Shown here one piece after another: positions 50,130 through 62,744 of a stretch of 64,000 nucleotides of DNA (the stretch's first letter is position 1; every line of letters starts with the position of its first letter). Made by a program: the position numbers and the translations under genes. Under the pieces are notes generated by a model. It saw only the letters and a program-made list of their open reading frames with translations, searched no databases and was not told the DNA's origin. This stretch comes from Octopus sinensis (lineage: Eukaryota). The DNA is taken from positions 14,947 through 78,946 of the forward strand of contig NW_021833253.1 of NCBI RefSeq assembly GCF_006345805.1, in the 5' to 3' direction.

Positions 50130-51520
50130 AGCTGTCAATTGTGGAACATGCCTTAGACACAAATAATTACAGAGGCATCGGATTGCTGGATCAAATGGTG
50201 AAAGTCACAGAAAGTGTCACACCTCAATTAATCAGGAAGAGAGTTAGCATAGATGAAATGCAGTTTGGATTTGTGCCAGGAAAGATCACGACTGATGCCA
50301 TATTCCTGGTTAGGCAACTGCAGAAGTATTTAATCAAAATTAAACTTCTGTACCTGGATTTTGTCTGCTTCCTTATCTGGTGGTCAATGAGGGAGCTCAG
50401 GGCAGATAAGTGGTTGGTGAGAGCTGTACAAGCCATGTACAGTGAAACTGTCAGTAAGATGAAAGTTAGCAATAAATATAACAAGGAATTCAGACAACAA
50501 GTTGGAGTTCATCAAGGATCAGTCCTCAGCCCCCGTTTGCACATCATAGTCCTCCAGGCAATAACAGAAGAATTTAAGACAGGCTGCCCCTGGGATCTCC
50601 TCTATACTGATGACCTTGCTCTTATAGCTGAATCACTACCAGAACTAGAGAAGAAATTTCAGGTGTGGAAACAAGGACTAGAATCAAATTAACTTAGCAA
50701 AACTAAAGTCTTAGTAAGTAGGGGAGCAGACAAATTACAATTTTTTTCTGGTTGATAGCCCTGCTCTATCCATAGAAGAGGCATAGGTAGAAATTCCATA
50801 AGATGTACAGAGTGTAAGCTATGGACTCATAAAAGGTGCAGCAATATCAGAGAATGATTAAAACAGAGAAAATATCTTTTGTGTGTGAAAAGTGGAAAAG
50901 TACAATAAACACTAAAAATATACAGAAAATAGACTCCATCACATGCCAGTGGGGGAAGCTAGAAGAAGTTGATAACTTCCGTTACCTAGGTGACCAAGTC
51001 AGTAGCGGAGTTGGATGCTCTGAGAGCATAGTTGTGAGAATAAGAATAGGCTGAGCAAAGTTCATAGAGCTCCTACATCTGCTGACAACAAAGGGCCTCT
51101 CTCTCTCTCAGAGTGAAAGGCAGATTGATGCCTGTATGCAAACAGCTGTGCTGCATGGCAGTAAAACATGGGCTGTGACAGCTGAGGACATGTGTAGGCT
51201 TGAAAGAAATGAAGCTAGCATGATCCGTTGGATGTGCAATATCAGTGTGCATGTTCGACAGAGTGTAAGTATCTTGAGGGAAAAGTTGGGCATAAGAGGA
51301 ATCAGATGTGGTGTACAAGAGAGACGACTGTGCTGGTATGGTCATGTGATGCGTTTGGACAAGAACAGCTGTGTAAAAAAGTGGCAAACTCTAACTGTGG
51401 AGGGAACCTGTGGTAGAGGTAGACCCAAGAAGACATAAGATGAGGTGGTGAAGCATGATCTTCGAACTTTGGGCCTCACAGAGGTAATGACTAACGACCG
51501 AGACCTTTGGTCTTCCTCTG
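50130..51520 (+). mobile_element. Degenerate RTE LINE (intronic)
   Basis: QVGVHQGSVLSP, LLYTDDLAL, FRYLGDQV, RRLCWYGHVMR, GRGRPKKT. Confidence 0.88.
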
Positions 51521-51638
51521 TCCTCTCTGTGTGAGAAAGGATTCTAAACAGCAATCAATGTGGAGAGTGACTGTCCAGCTCAGGACAATAGGAAGGGTGG
51601 GTAGATGATGATGATGATGTTGATTATAATATACTTAC

Positions 51639-51816
51639 CGTTTTTACCACAATAGCTACGGTTGAATCCTGATTTATTTATTCCATCAATAGATCCTTCA
51701 GCAGTACCATGCCAAAGGCCATCAACTTCATTTGTAATGTTTGGATTTTCTACCTCAAATTTTCTTTTCAATGCTTGGTATCCCTGGTACAATGTTTTAT
51801 TTTGAATTCTCTCAAT
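51639..51816 (-). CDS. PARP14-like: PARP14/15-like exon (catalytic domain N-half)
   Basis: ctacag|IERIQN...LWHGTAEGSIDGINKSGFNRSYCGKN-G|gtaagt. 178 nt, phase 0 to 1. Confidence 0.95.
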
Positions 51817-52500
51817 CTGTAGAAAAGGAAAATACATTTATGAAAAAACAATCAGTTCACTTCTTTGACAAGGAAATAACGTTTGTGGTGAAATCCACCA
51901 ACCTTATCTGCTTTTGGTTTTATTTGATACCAAATGTTGTGTAGTGGCTAGAATAAAAATGGGTTGGCCAAAGCTCAGAGCTAAACCTAATATTTCAAAC
52001 TTTGTTTGTAACAAAGGGCCTTTCCCTCAGAATAAAGGCAGGTTGCATGATGCCTGTGTATGAATAGCTATGCGACATGGCAGTGAGACTTGGGCTGTGA
52101 TGAAGTGGTGAGAAAGGATTTTCAGACGTTGGGCCTCACAGAGATGACAAGGAACCAAGACTTTGACAGTTTGCTGAGCTAAGTAATATCATGGCCAACT
52201 ATGCGTACAGGCACATCTTCTACATCCCTTTCTCAGCTGCGAGATCCTAATCTTGCAGGCTCATGTGTGCTGGTGCCATGTAAAGTGGTTGTCATTAGAA
52301 AAGGCATCTAACTATAGAAACAATGCCAAAACAGACAAATGGAGCCTGGAGAGCCCTCAAGCTGGCTAACTCTTGTCAAACCAGCCAACCTATGCTAACA
52401 ATGATGATGATGATGATGACAATAAGCCATCCAAAATAGGTTGATGTAATGAGATTTAAATCTTTTATACAAACAATAAATAGAAGTAGAAAATACAAAC

Positions 52501-52634
52501 TTTGATTATACGATAGGAAGGCAAATTCCGACTGAAAGTGGCCTGGATGTCATCATATTCTGGTCCATTTTTGACTGGAACAATTTTAATTAATTCCCCA
52601 TCTTCCATTGGTGACCATGTATCTGGGATTGGTT
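52501..52634 (-). CDS. PARP14-like: PARP14/15-like exon (linker preceding the catalytic domain)
   Basis: ctttag|AA-PIPDTWSPMEDGELIKIVPVKNGPEYDDIQATFSRNLPSYRIIK|gtttgt. 134 nt, and its phase matches the next exon. Not in the ORF track. Confidence 0.88.
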
Positions 52635-53159
52635 CTAAAGTTCAAACAGAAATCAAATATTTCAGAATTAAAATAAAATTATGAACCCTTTCTGTTGAAA
52701 GTTTAAAAAAAAAACAATGCAGGAATATTTTGACTAATTTTGGGGTTTAGACAACAAATATTGAAATATAAAACACAGCACTGTAGTCTAGTAATAGTTG
52801 TAGTGGGGGTGTTGGTGAGATAATGGTTGTGATGGTGGTGGTGCTAGTGGGTGTGGTGATGAACTCCTACCAAAGCAGACATTAGAGCACTGACATCAAA
52901 CCATCCAACCCATTTCTGGCATGGAAAACAGATGTTAAAAGATTATGATGATGATGATGGCCTCAGATATATATATATATATTATATATTTAATTTTATA
53001 TGTGTGTGTGTGGTGTGTGTGTGTGTGTGTGTATATAAATGTATGTATGTATGTATGTATGCATGTATGTATATATATATGTATATGTATATATATATGT
53101 GTGTGTGTTTGTGTGTGTGTGTGAGTGTGTGTGTGTGTACACATTTATCCTCAGCTACC

Positions 53160-53690
53160 TGGACAACTGCTCCCAGCAATCGTCACCCAACAGTGTAAAA
53201 TTAACAGCGGACCTTGAAGCAATCCAGAGAAGATTCACAAAGAAGATCGTCTCTTTGCAACAGCTCAGCTACTGGGAAAGGTTGAAACAGCTAAGACTCT
53301 AATCCCTGGAGAGAAGACGGGAGAGGTATGCAGTAATATATGTCTGGAAGATCCTGGAAGGAATTGTGCCAAATTTTGGCATTGACAGCTACACCAATGC
53401 CAGAACGGGACGACGCTGCACAGTGCCAAAGATCCCAGCAATGCCATCACGCTTCAGGACCAGCTTCTGCAAAAGCCTGGGTTTCAAGGGCCCACAGCTT
53501 TTTATTATTCTCTGAAAGAACCTGAGGGACCAACACAAAGTGAATGTAGGCGTTTTCAAATGAAAACTGGATCTCTTCCTGTTGAGAGTCCCAAAGAAAC
53601 CTATCTCGTGGCAAGAGGTACAAATGAGGGCAGCAATATCAAACTCTCTTAGTCACCAAATGCCACATATTAGAGGAAGCTCTCAATAAT
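53160..53690 (+). mobile_element. CR1/L2-like LINE 3' fragment
   Basis: LEAIQRRFTK...LSYWERLKQLRL*SLERRRERY. Confidence 0.75.
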
Positions 53691-54415
53691 AACAGTGTAG
53701 CAAAATGGCAGGGCCACAGCTCTGAGCTGAAACTACAATATATATATATACTGTTTGAAGTGGTGTATAGATTTTATGTATTAAGAACAAGGAAGTAGTC
53801 AGAATTTTGGTTATTACCCAGAAAAAAATGAAAGGAAAGTTGTCTTTCTCTTTTTCTTTCTTCCTTCTTATCTTTTCATTTCTTTATTTCTTTTGCTCTT
53901 TTTATCTGTCTAACCAAGCCTCCAAAAATTCACCACAAAAACTTATACACACATACATAGATTCAAAATAAAAAGAACTTTCTCTTTGCAATTCAACTCC
54001 AGATTTTTTTACAAACCCTCATATGTATAAAACCATGAATTTTCTGTAACTAAATGATTCTTGATAAATATCTCAAAAAAATATGAAAGCCCTAAATAAA
54101 TAATTATCCAGTATTCTGACTACTTCCTTTTTCTTAATATATATCTGTGTATATAGTTAGATGGTAACTTCAGTACGATGAGCACCACTATACACCACAT
54201 GGTTTAGCAAGAGTTATCGCATTCAAATTTCCATTTATTTTGATATGGGGCAAAGTGTATAATATGTCAGATAATAAACTTTGTTCATCATATGTTATCC
54301 CCCTTTTGTCACCTATACAAGTTGCAAGCATGCTTTCGTAACTTCCTGTGTTAAGATCTTTAGGGATCACATTATTCTATCACTTTGTATGTATGTATGA
54401 TTATGTACATGTATA

Positions 54416-55836
54416 TCTCTATATATATAAAACTGAGAATGTGTGTCTGTCTGTCTGTCTGTCCGTCCGTCTGTGTGTTTCCCTAAAACTTGAGAACTAC
54501 ACAAACAATTTCATTCAAATTTTACACATGCCTTACTTGGGGCCTATGTAGTTTCATGGGCAAAAAACATGTTCAACTTCTTGCCTAGAGCGAGCCCATA
54601 GCAATATCATATCTTCTCCACTATTTCAGTATTACGTGTTAAAAGTAAAACAAAAATATTTCTCTATTTTATGTCAGATGCTTTCACTTTAACAATAAAA
54701 ATAATAATAACAATTGAATTATATGTAGTAAGTAATAATTAAAATCAAACTAAAGTATAATATAATCGTAACATAACAAAAGTAAAAATAGCAATTGGTA
54801 TAAAATTGCATCAATGACTTGAACTTGAATAAGTGGTTTCACATGAATGGGAATAAATTGAAAATAAAATTAGCATGCAGAAATGGAATAGTCCAGATGG
54901 ACTATTATACATAAAGGACTATAGCTTCAACTGCGTACTGTTGTTATTATTATTACTGTTTAATTATTGTTATCACGTTTGTTGGTTCCTCGTAAGGGAA
55001 ACGTTGTTGTGTTGCATTTGTTAAATAATTGTAAACTGTAACCCTCCCCCTTTGGGAGAAGGAGCTTTGGTTATTGTTTAAAAATTGAATTGTATCCCCA
55101 TTTGGGGAAATTGACAATATTTTCACCGTTTACACAGAAGCATTTTCGTTAGAATGCCTTCGATAGAAGAAAGTCCAAAAAGGAATTTCGCTGCAGCCGT
55201 CAGCGGGCGCGAAATCATTAAAATTAAAATGGAAGAAATACAAACCTATTTCGGATTGATTACCGACAAAGACGGTGAATCTAGGATAACACCACCAGAC
55301 AAAATAAAAAATTAAATTAAAGAAAAGACTATTGTCTATAACGTATACAATGTAGAGAAAAAAAAGATTTGAACACCTGGAGGAAAGCACCATCGAAAAG
55401 TGTCTTGGTGCGACTATGAAAGATAGTCGCGGTAAATCGCCACAATAGAAGCAAGGTTCAAGTCAACAGAGCATGCAAGGGAGTACTCGACTCGAACCTT
55501 GCAAAGTGGAAATATTTTATTTTCACCTTTATATCTGGGACGTCCTACATCCCAGATAAAAATTTAAAGTGTCCCCTCAGAAGTAGAGGTAGGCTGGATT
55601 GTAGCCACACTTCTATACAAGAGGGAGGAAAAGATACAATTGATCGAAATTGCAAGATCCAGTTTGTTATATATTTTGAGTATTGTTATCACTAGCGATA
55701 TCAAGATATAACTTTATATTTTGTATTTTATGTGTAGATGTATATATATAGATGTACATGTAATATGTACAGATATATATACACATATATACATGCACTA
55801 GTACTATAACCCAGCAACGACGGGTCATAATGCTAG
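54416..55836 (+). mobile_element. Non-autonomous Helitron (~1.4 kb)
   Basis: A|TC start (tctctatatatataaaactgagaatgtgtgtctgtc), 3' hairpin acccagcaacgacgggt and CTAG|T at 55833-55837. Confidence 0.8.
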
Positions 55837-55869
55837 TATATTTTCACTTCATAATTTGACACTGAATTG

Positions 55870-57830
55870 TAAGTATGTATTTTATTTATCCTTATGTCAT
55901 ATTGTTATTTTTGATATTCTGGTTAATTACGATGTATTTAATGTTGTTTTCATAGGAGTGTTTATGTATATGAGATTGTGTGCGAGTTTTTAGTTGTATA
56001 ATTTATTTATCTGTATGAGTGTGGGTGTGTAAATATTGTTGTATATATCGAGTTTAGTGAGTATGTATATGCGTATATGTGAGGGAGTATATGTATCTGT
56101 TGTGTGTGTGTGTTTTGCGTGTGTGTGTGTTTGTGTGTGAATGTGTATATGGGTTTGTTATTTAGGTTTTGGGATGTATGTGTTAATTTGTCTGTGTGGG
56201 AGGGAGTGGGTTTTGGTGTATATGGAGGTTTATAAGTTAGTATAGGTATGTGTATAAGTCGTGGGTCTGTGGTTTACGTGTGTGTATTTGTGTGTGAATG
56301 TTTAGGTTAGGGGGATTGCTATATAAGTTTGTTATAGGGTTTAGCAAAGGGAGATTTTATCGTTATATGTTTTTAAGAGTTTTGGTTTATCATGGTTTTT
56401 TTAGGGAATTCGTAGTAATTTGTCTATTTTCGATGTTGGTTGTTTTATTACATTGTTTCATTCATAATTTTTGAGTGGTGTTCGTTTTGCCACGTGAATA
56501 TTATTTTTAATTCCATTTATTCCATTTCTCCATTCATTAATTTAGAGATGTTCGTTTCCAGAGCGGTTATACTTTTTATACATATGTTAAGTTCCTTGGT
56601 AAAGTAATTTTGTTTGGTGTATATGTTGAGGCTTATATGTACTTGTGGGTGTGTGTGAGTGGGGTGGGTGTTTGTATTTGTTATGGGTGTGTGGTTTACG
56701 TGTGTTTTTGTGTGTGAATGTATAGGTTAAAGGAATTGCTATATAAGTATGTTATAGTGTTTAGTAAAGGGAGGTTTTATCATTTCTGTTTTGTGAGTTT
56801 TAGCTTATCATGGTAGTTTTATAAAAGAATCCATTTATAATTTTTGTGTTTATTTGTCTGTGTGGGGTTGAGTGGGTTTTTGGAGTATATGTTGAGGTTT
56901 ATATGTATGTATTGGTATGTGTAAGTGGTGTGGGTATTTGTATATGTCGTGGGTGTGTGGTTTACGTGTGTGTATTTGTGTGTGAATGTTTAGGTTAGGG
57001 GGATTGCTATATAGGTTTGTTATAGAGTTTAGTAAAGGGAGATTTTATCATTATATGTTTTTATGAGTTTTGGTTTATCATGGTAGGTTTGTTAAGGAAT
57101 TCGTAGTAATTTGTGTCTATTTGCGATGTCTGTTGTTTTATTGCATTGTTTCATTCATAATTTTTAAGTAGTGTTCGTTTTACCAAGTGAATATAATTTT
57201 TAATTCCATTTATTCCATTTCTCCGTTCATAGTTTTGAGTGATGTCCGTTTTCTAGAGCGTGAATGTGGGTTGTATGTGTGTGTGTGTGGGAGTATGAAT
57301 AAGTATTGTGTTGAAGTATTTGGCTATTTTATTTATTTATAGTTGCCTAGACGTTTTTATGTGTATGTATAGGGATATATATATAGGTGTGTGATTTAGT
57401 GTATGTAGTTAGATATGGTTATATATAATTAGGTATATGTGTATGGGTGTATATATAGTTTATTATTATATTTTATTATTTTTTTTGTTTTGTTTTATAT
57501 TTTATATCTTATATTTTATATTTTATATTTAATTGTTGATAGGTTTTTTTAGTTTATATATTGTTTATATATTGATTATATATGGATTATATATAGGTTA
57601 TATATGGATTATATACTTATATTTTTTCATTCATACTTTAATTATTTTAAAATTATTATTTTTATATTTTAAAATATTGATTTTTTAGATTGGAAGTCCA
57701 CCTGAAGATTGTCGATCAAGACAAGAAACGATTGTAGTGGCGGTTTTTTTGACTATTTATTAAAATTTTATGTATTGATTAAGTCTTTCCTTGTTTGTTT
57801 TGCAAAATAGTGGTTTTGTCTCTAATAATA
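55870..57830. repeat. G/T-skewed region with three diverged tandem units, ending in a hammerhead motif
   Basis: Units at ~56180-56580, 56600-56850 and 56850-57260. The plus strand is nearly C-free. Confidence 0.75.
57698..57740 (+). ncRNA. Minimal type I hammerhead ribozyme
   Basis: CCAC-CTGAAGA-TTGTC-gatcaa-GACAA-GAAAC-gatt-GTA-GTGG. Stems I and II pair perfectly and the core is intact. Confidence 0.88.
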
Positions 57831-58039
57831 TTTTATAATATTTTACTATAAAATTGGATTTAATCCTAAATCTGATTTTTTCCCTGTAAATTTGGATTTA
57901 TTCCCTAATATTTATTATATATATATATATATTATATATATATATATATATATGTGTGTGTCTCTTCTGTTTTTTAATTATTATAAATCTTCCATTGATG
58001 AGGCAGCCAGTTTTGAACAAAGATACAAGACTACATCTT

Positions 58040-58600
58040 TGGGATGTGGTTAACACCGACAAATTCACATTTGGAACTTGAGAAAAGTCTTGCATGTTTT
58101 TACTGTTCCACTTGCAGATTGCACTTGTAATGTACAAATTAGATGGTTACTTTCTCTTTCTGAAAATCCCAATTCGTCCTGATTCACCCTTAAGCATTTA
58201 CTAACGAAACCTAGTGCTCCAATTATTATTGGTATGAATATGAATTCATAGTCTGGATATAGAAGCTGGAGGTTTCGAAGCAGTTGTCCATGGATATCTT
58301 CTTTTTCTTTGATTTTCAAAGAGATATTTATATCTGCAGGGCAGCTGACCTCTATGATGGTACATACCTTTGCCCCTCTGTCCCAAACAACAATATCCAG
58401 TCTGTTACGCTTACATTTGACTGAAGTTTTGATGGGAATATTCCACCAGTATTCCTTGGGTTGGTGCTTATGAATGTATTCCATAGCATATGGGTTTTCA
58501 AAGTTTATTTCAGGACAGTCTTTTTTATGGATGGTGTTGTAAATTGTTTTAGTAACAACATCATTCTGCATAGGGAAGTAGTGTAAGGACAGTGTGATGC
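58040..58600 (-). mobile_element. RLE LINE 3' end (endonuclease domain)
   Basis: EYWWNIPIKT..RLDIVVWD..IEVSCPAD (ORF 58065-58610). Confidence 0.82.
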
Positions 58601-58609
58601 GAGGTAACA

Positions 58610-59570
58610 AGAATGGCTCTTTAGTACATCACACAGCTCTTACAATAAATATATATTGGACTAGTACAATTATTTGCCAGAGAGAAAAAGGAGACACAAC
58701 CAAGTAGAATGATTAAGGGAAGATTTATTGATATATTAATATGTATGTCTGTGTGTGCATCATGTATACAGAATAATAGGCAGGCCATTATGAGAACAAA
58801 GTGTGTGTGTGTAAGCATAGATATATGTGTGTGTTAAGAACATATAAGGATGGCAATGAAGAAGAAGACAGGGAAAGAGTCTATAAAGAGAAATGAGGAG
58901 AATGTTCATAGACACAAGTAAGATAAATAATACCAGTTCATAGTTAGTACACGGTAGTTGAAATACTGCATAAAGAAGTTGCAGCCATGATGCTGAGCTG
59001 GTGACAGGTACATGTCATACGTGAAGTTGTGGCTGTGATGCTGTTGCTACCTGAGTCACTTGGTACAGGAGTTCTTGCAGGTTATATCTTCACTGTTGAT
59101 CCATGGTGAAGTAACTCACAAACAAAGAAGTTTTGGAACCTGGGTGAGTTGCTTGCTGAGTTGTGTATGTGGAGATGTTGACATTAGGATGATGGTGGCG
59201 ACAGAGATCGAGGTTGCAGAATGCTGTTGGATGAAGTTGGTGAGCCTCAACATAGCTGCTGTGGTAGCATGTTGTCTGGTGTCATCGCTGGAACTGGCTG
59301 TCTATGTGGTCAGTGGCTTTACCTTAAAAGGTCAGGAACTAAAGACATGTATTGAGGGAAAAACTGAGTTTTTATATAATGTAGCAGGCTCAAAATAGGG
59401 TTTGGGAAAGGTTGTCCCATGTGATCTTAGTAATATGCAGCAGTTGGTGCAATCAGGTAAGAGACATAATTGTGCCAACACCAACTAATCAGAGTAGTGG
59501 ACACAACAGGAACCAAATAGTGATCAAAGGCTACCTCTTATCTGCTATGTACATACATATAGTCTACAAT
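58610..59570 (-). mobile_element. LTR-like repeat related to 25920-26990
   Basis: Shared terminal motif gtagtggacacaacagg and similar layout. Confidence 0.45.
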
Positions 59571-59573
59571 ACA

Positions 59574-60790
59574 GTAGTACCATGAAGACATTTTAAGGCA
59601 GCTGCTAATCACATGCATGACGTCTTCCACTGAAACATGACATAGCCTACACATGCGGTTGCACTTTGGGATGACAAGAGCATCACTGTCTCTCTTGTTC
59701 ACCAGGTACTTTGGGGCAATCTCCTCTTCCTGGATTGCAAACACGTAGCCTTCAAAGCATGATGTGATGTAGTGGTCTTCACTCAAAGGCCGTCTGCACT
59801 GATTTCAGGCCTCCACCACCTTCATTTCTTCTTAGGTAGAGTCTGTCCACATCACTGTTTCTTTGGAAGTTCCCAGTTGGTGTCAGGGTTTTGCAGGTTT
59901 TAATATGTATGGAGTGGATTTCCTCTGCAGACCAATCAAGTATCCCAAATGTTGGGGGTCAGCACTGGTATTGCAAATGCATTGTGGGATATTGTTTTGT
60001 TGCTAGAGGAGAGTTCTGACTACCATATTGTCCTAAGTCTGGTGTAACATTCTCAGGTCACACTATTTTATTCTCAGTGCTTTCATATATGTGCCCTAGG
60101 TATTTGTAACATTCTTTGTGTGGAATGGGGGAGATAGAGAGACTGTTGATGCACAGGTTTGGGGTTTGGGGGACTGACTTTCCTCGTTCTATGACCAAAT
60201 ACAAACATTTCTGTTGGCCAAATTCCATGCCTATATCCGCTGAAAATGTTACTAATTCCAGTTTGTATTTTGGCATTGTCAATGCTTTTAGCATAGATCT
60301 TGATGTTGTCTACAAAGAAATTATGAGTTTCATTGATACTTCTAGCAGTTGAAGATCCTAGCATGTAGCCATTTGTTTTCTGCAGTAGGAACGATTATGG
60401 ATTCAGTGGCAAAAGGAAAAGAAGTACAGAAAGACCATCTCCCTGGAATATTCCCTTTGAAATGCCTTTACTATCAGAAACAATTATTGTGTTCTCTGTT
60501 GGAAGGGTGAGAACTGTTGTCCATGTCTTTGTGAGTCTCTCTACAGAGACTCACAATTAGAGTGGAAGGTACCTTTGCCAGGTGTAGGCACTTCAACAGC
60601 CATGAATGAGGGATAGAGTCGAATGCCTTCTTATAGACAAGCCATACTGTCACAAGATTTCTGCGTTGTTTTCTTACTTCAGACAGGACGGCTTTGTTTA
60701 TTAAAAGTAGTTTAGCACATCCCCACACTCCTTTCTTTCTATCAGCATTGTTCATCAGTCACAATGTTGTTCGACTCACAATGGACCTGG
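59574..60790 (-). mobile_element. Dead RLE LINE fragment; 59574-60686 is an inverted near-identical duplicate of 38252-39367
   Basis: Same frameshifts and same internal deletion as the plus-strand copy. Confidence 0.92.
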
Positions 60791-61929
60791 AGGAATTGAT
60801 TCAGGTGACTTGTGCACAGTCTGAAGTAATATTTATAAAATTTCATCTTCTTACAAGTTAGAAAGACCCCTCTATGTGGACTTAACACCCACAATTTAGT
60901 CATTTTATCTAAGCAAAAAGCGAATACAGTTGCGCTCTTTGAAGCTGTAGGGTTACCTGAGCATAAAAGATGAGCATTATTTGTAATTCAATGGTACAAC
61001 AGTGTAACAGTTTGCTTTACCATACACTTACATTGTGATTTCTGCAAAGTGCTGCATAAATTGTCAAGTAAATGAGAGGCATCTTTGCCTCCACAGATTC
61101 AGTTGCAAGGTGTTGAGTAAAGTTATTTGATTGTAGATCTCCTTTCAGTCTTTTTATTATCACTGGGTCACACATAGTCCCCAGATGGTAACATTGATTT
61201 CAAGGCCTTCCCAGATGAGTGACTGGTTATTCAAAGACATTTATAGATTTTAAATTTATTCTGTCCAGTTACGTATCAGTATAGTGTTCATTTGCAAACT
61301 CCAGAGGTGACACTTTCATTTCCCTTTAGCCCTCACGTCACACAGTTGTTAATGTTGATTTCAGTTGGGTCACGCCCTTCCAATTACTATAGATTCGTAA
61401 TGCATCTTACGGCTGTGCCTGTCTCCTGGATGGTGAGGAATCCTACATTAGGAGTGGTAACGACTAGGGTAGGGTAGCTGACTGCTTATTGTGATCATTT
61501 GTCTTTTGGTTTCCTGTAGCTTTGCTCTCTTTTACAAACCCAGTGAACATATATTTCCTATTTCAAAGAAATTCAAACAATAGATATAAGATCCTAGTTA
61601 AAAAGATTCTCAATAATTCAACTTCTCTGGTTGACATTAAGACACTCACCCCCAATAGGGGCCTTAACTCCCACATTTTTGAGCTCCATGACCTCCATTT
61701 TTCAGGAGCAAAATCTTTTTGACAGGTTCAATAAGACTGGAATTTTTATGTGCATAAAAATCAGTAGTATGAGATACATGTATCATGATTACAATTTCTT
61801 TAGGATGTGTAAAGAGGGAAATAACACTCATCTGCAATTTTGATGAAATTCGAAACAAAGATATTCCAATTCATTACAGAAAATATAACAGAAAAGTGTA
61901 ATTCATGGAAATCGATCAATGGAAATTGC

Positions 61930-62295
61930 AGATGTGTTACCAGTGCCGGTGGCATGTAAGAGAACCTTCCGTTTCGCGACCGTTGCCAGCACCGCCCCGT
62001 TTCGTGTCCGTTGCCAGCCTCGCCTGGCCCTTGTGCCGGTGGCACATAAAAAGCACCATCCGTTCGTGGCCGTTTGCCAGCTCTGTCTGGCACCTGTGCG
62101 GGTGGCATGTAAAAAGCACCCACTACACTCACGGAGTGGTTGGCGTTAGGAAGGGCATCCAGCCGTAGAAACACTGCCAGATTTGACTGGGCCTGATGAA
62201 GCCTTCTGGCTTCACAGACCCCAGTAGAACCGTCCAACCCATGCTAGCATGGAGAACGGACGCTAAACGACGATGATGATGATGATGATGATGAT
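61930..62295 (+). mobile_element. SINE with internal subrepeats and (GAT)n tail
   Basis: Same family as 150-470. Confidence 0.78.
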
Positions 62296-62296
62296 G

Positions 62297-62325
62297 GTCA
62301 ACGCCGGGTATCTCTGCTAGTATAT
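62297..62325 (+). mobile_element. Helitron 3' terminus remnant
   Basis: caacgccgggtatctctgctagt resembles the 40730-40746 terminus. Confidence 0.5.
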
Positions 62326-62459
62326 TATAAAAATATGTTAGTGTTATTTAATTTCTGAATGGTTTTACTGCTGTTTGTTTATGTAGTTTGATTTGTTTAT
62401 CCATCAGTTTCTATTAAGATAGAGATGTGAGTAAAATTAATAATAGAGAAACGAAGATA

Positions 62460-62735
62460 AAACTTTGGAAACAGCCTAAAGGGAGATAATTGAGAAAGAC
62501 TTGAAAGTCAACATAAGATCATAACCATGTAAAGTAAAAATAACAAATAATCCAGAATCCTTGTCCGGTACAGGATTGATCCCAAAATCTAATCAGTTCA
62601 TGCCAGTCACAAGGCCAAACATCCGTGAAAGTTTTATCTGAATCCATCCAGTGGTTCTTTAGAGATCTTGTCCACAGATAGACAAATAACAAACATGACT
62701 AGAAACTATGCCTCCACCCAAGGCGGAGGTAATAA
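62460..62735. mobile_element. Non-autonomous DNA element ending in hairpin gcctccacccaaggcggagg
   Basis: Terminal hairpin and a ccagaatcc...gatccc...aaaatctaatcag core. The family assignment (Helentron/HINE-like?) is uncertain. Confidence 0.4.
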
Positions 62736-62744
62736 AACAAACAT

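Noticed and set aside
54188-54370. ORF MIPKDLN...KPCGV as the next upstream PARP exon
   Set aside because: It ends in a stop, shows no recognisable WWE or macro motif, and has no convincing phase-1 donor.
60800-61860. Possible upstream PARP exons
   Set aside because: All frames are interrupted and no domain motif was found. It is more likely the decayed 5' part of the adjacent LINE.
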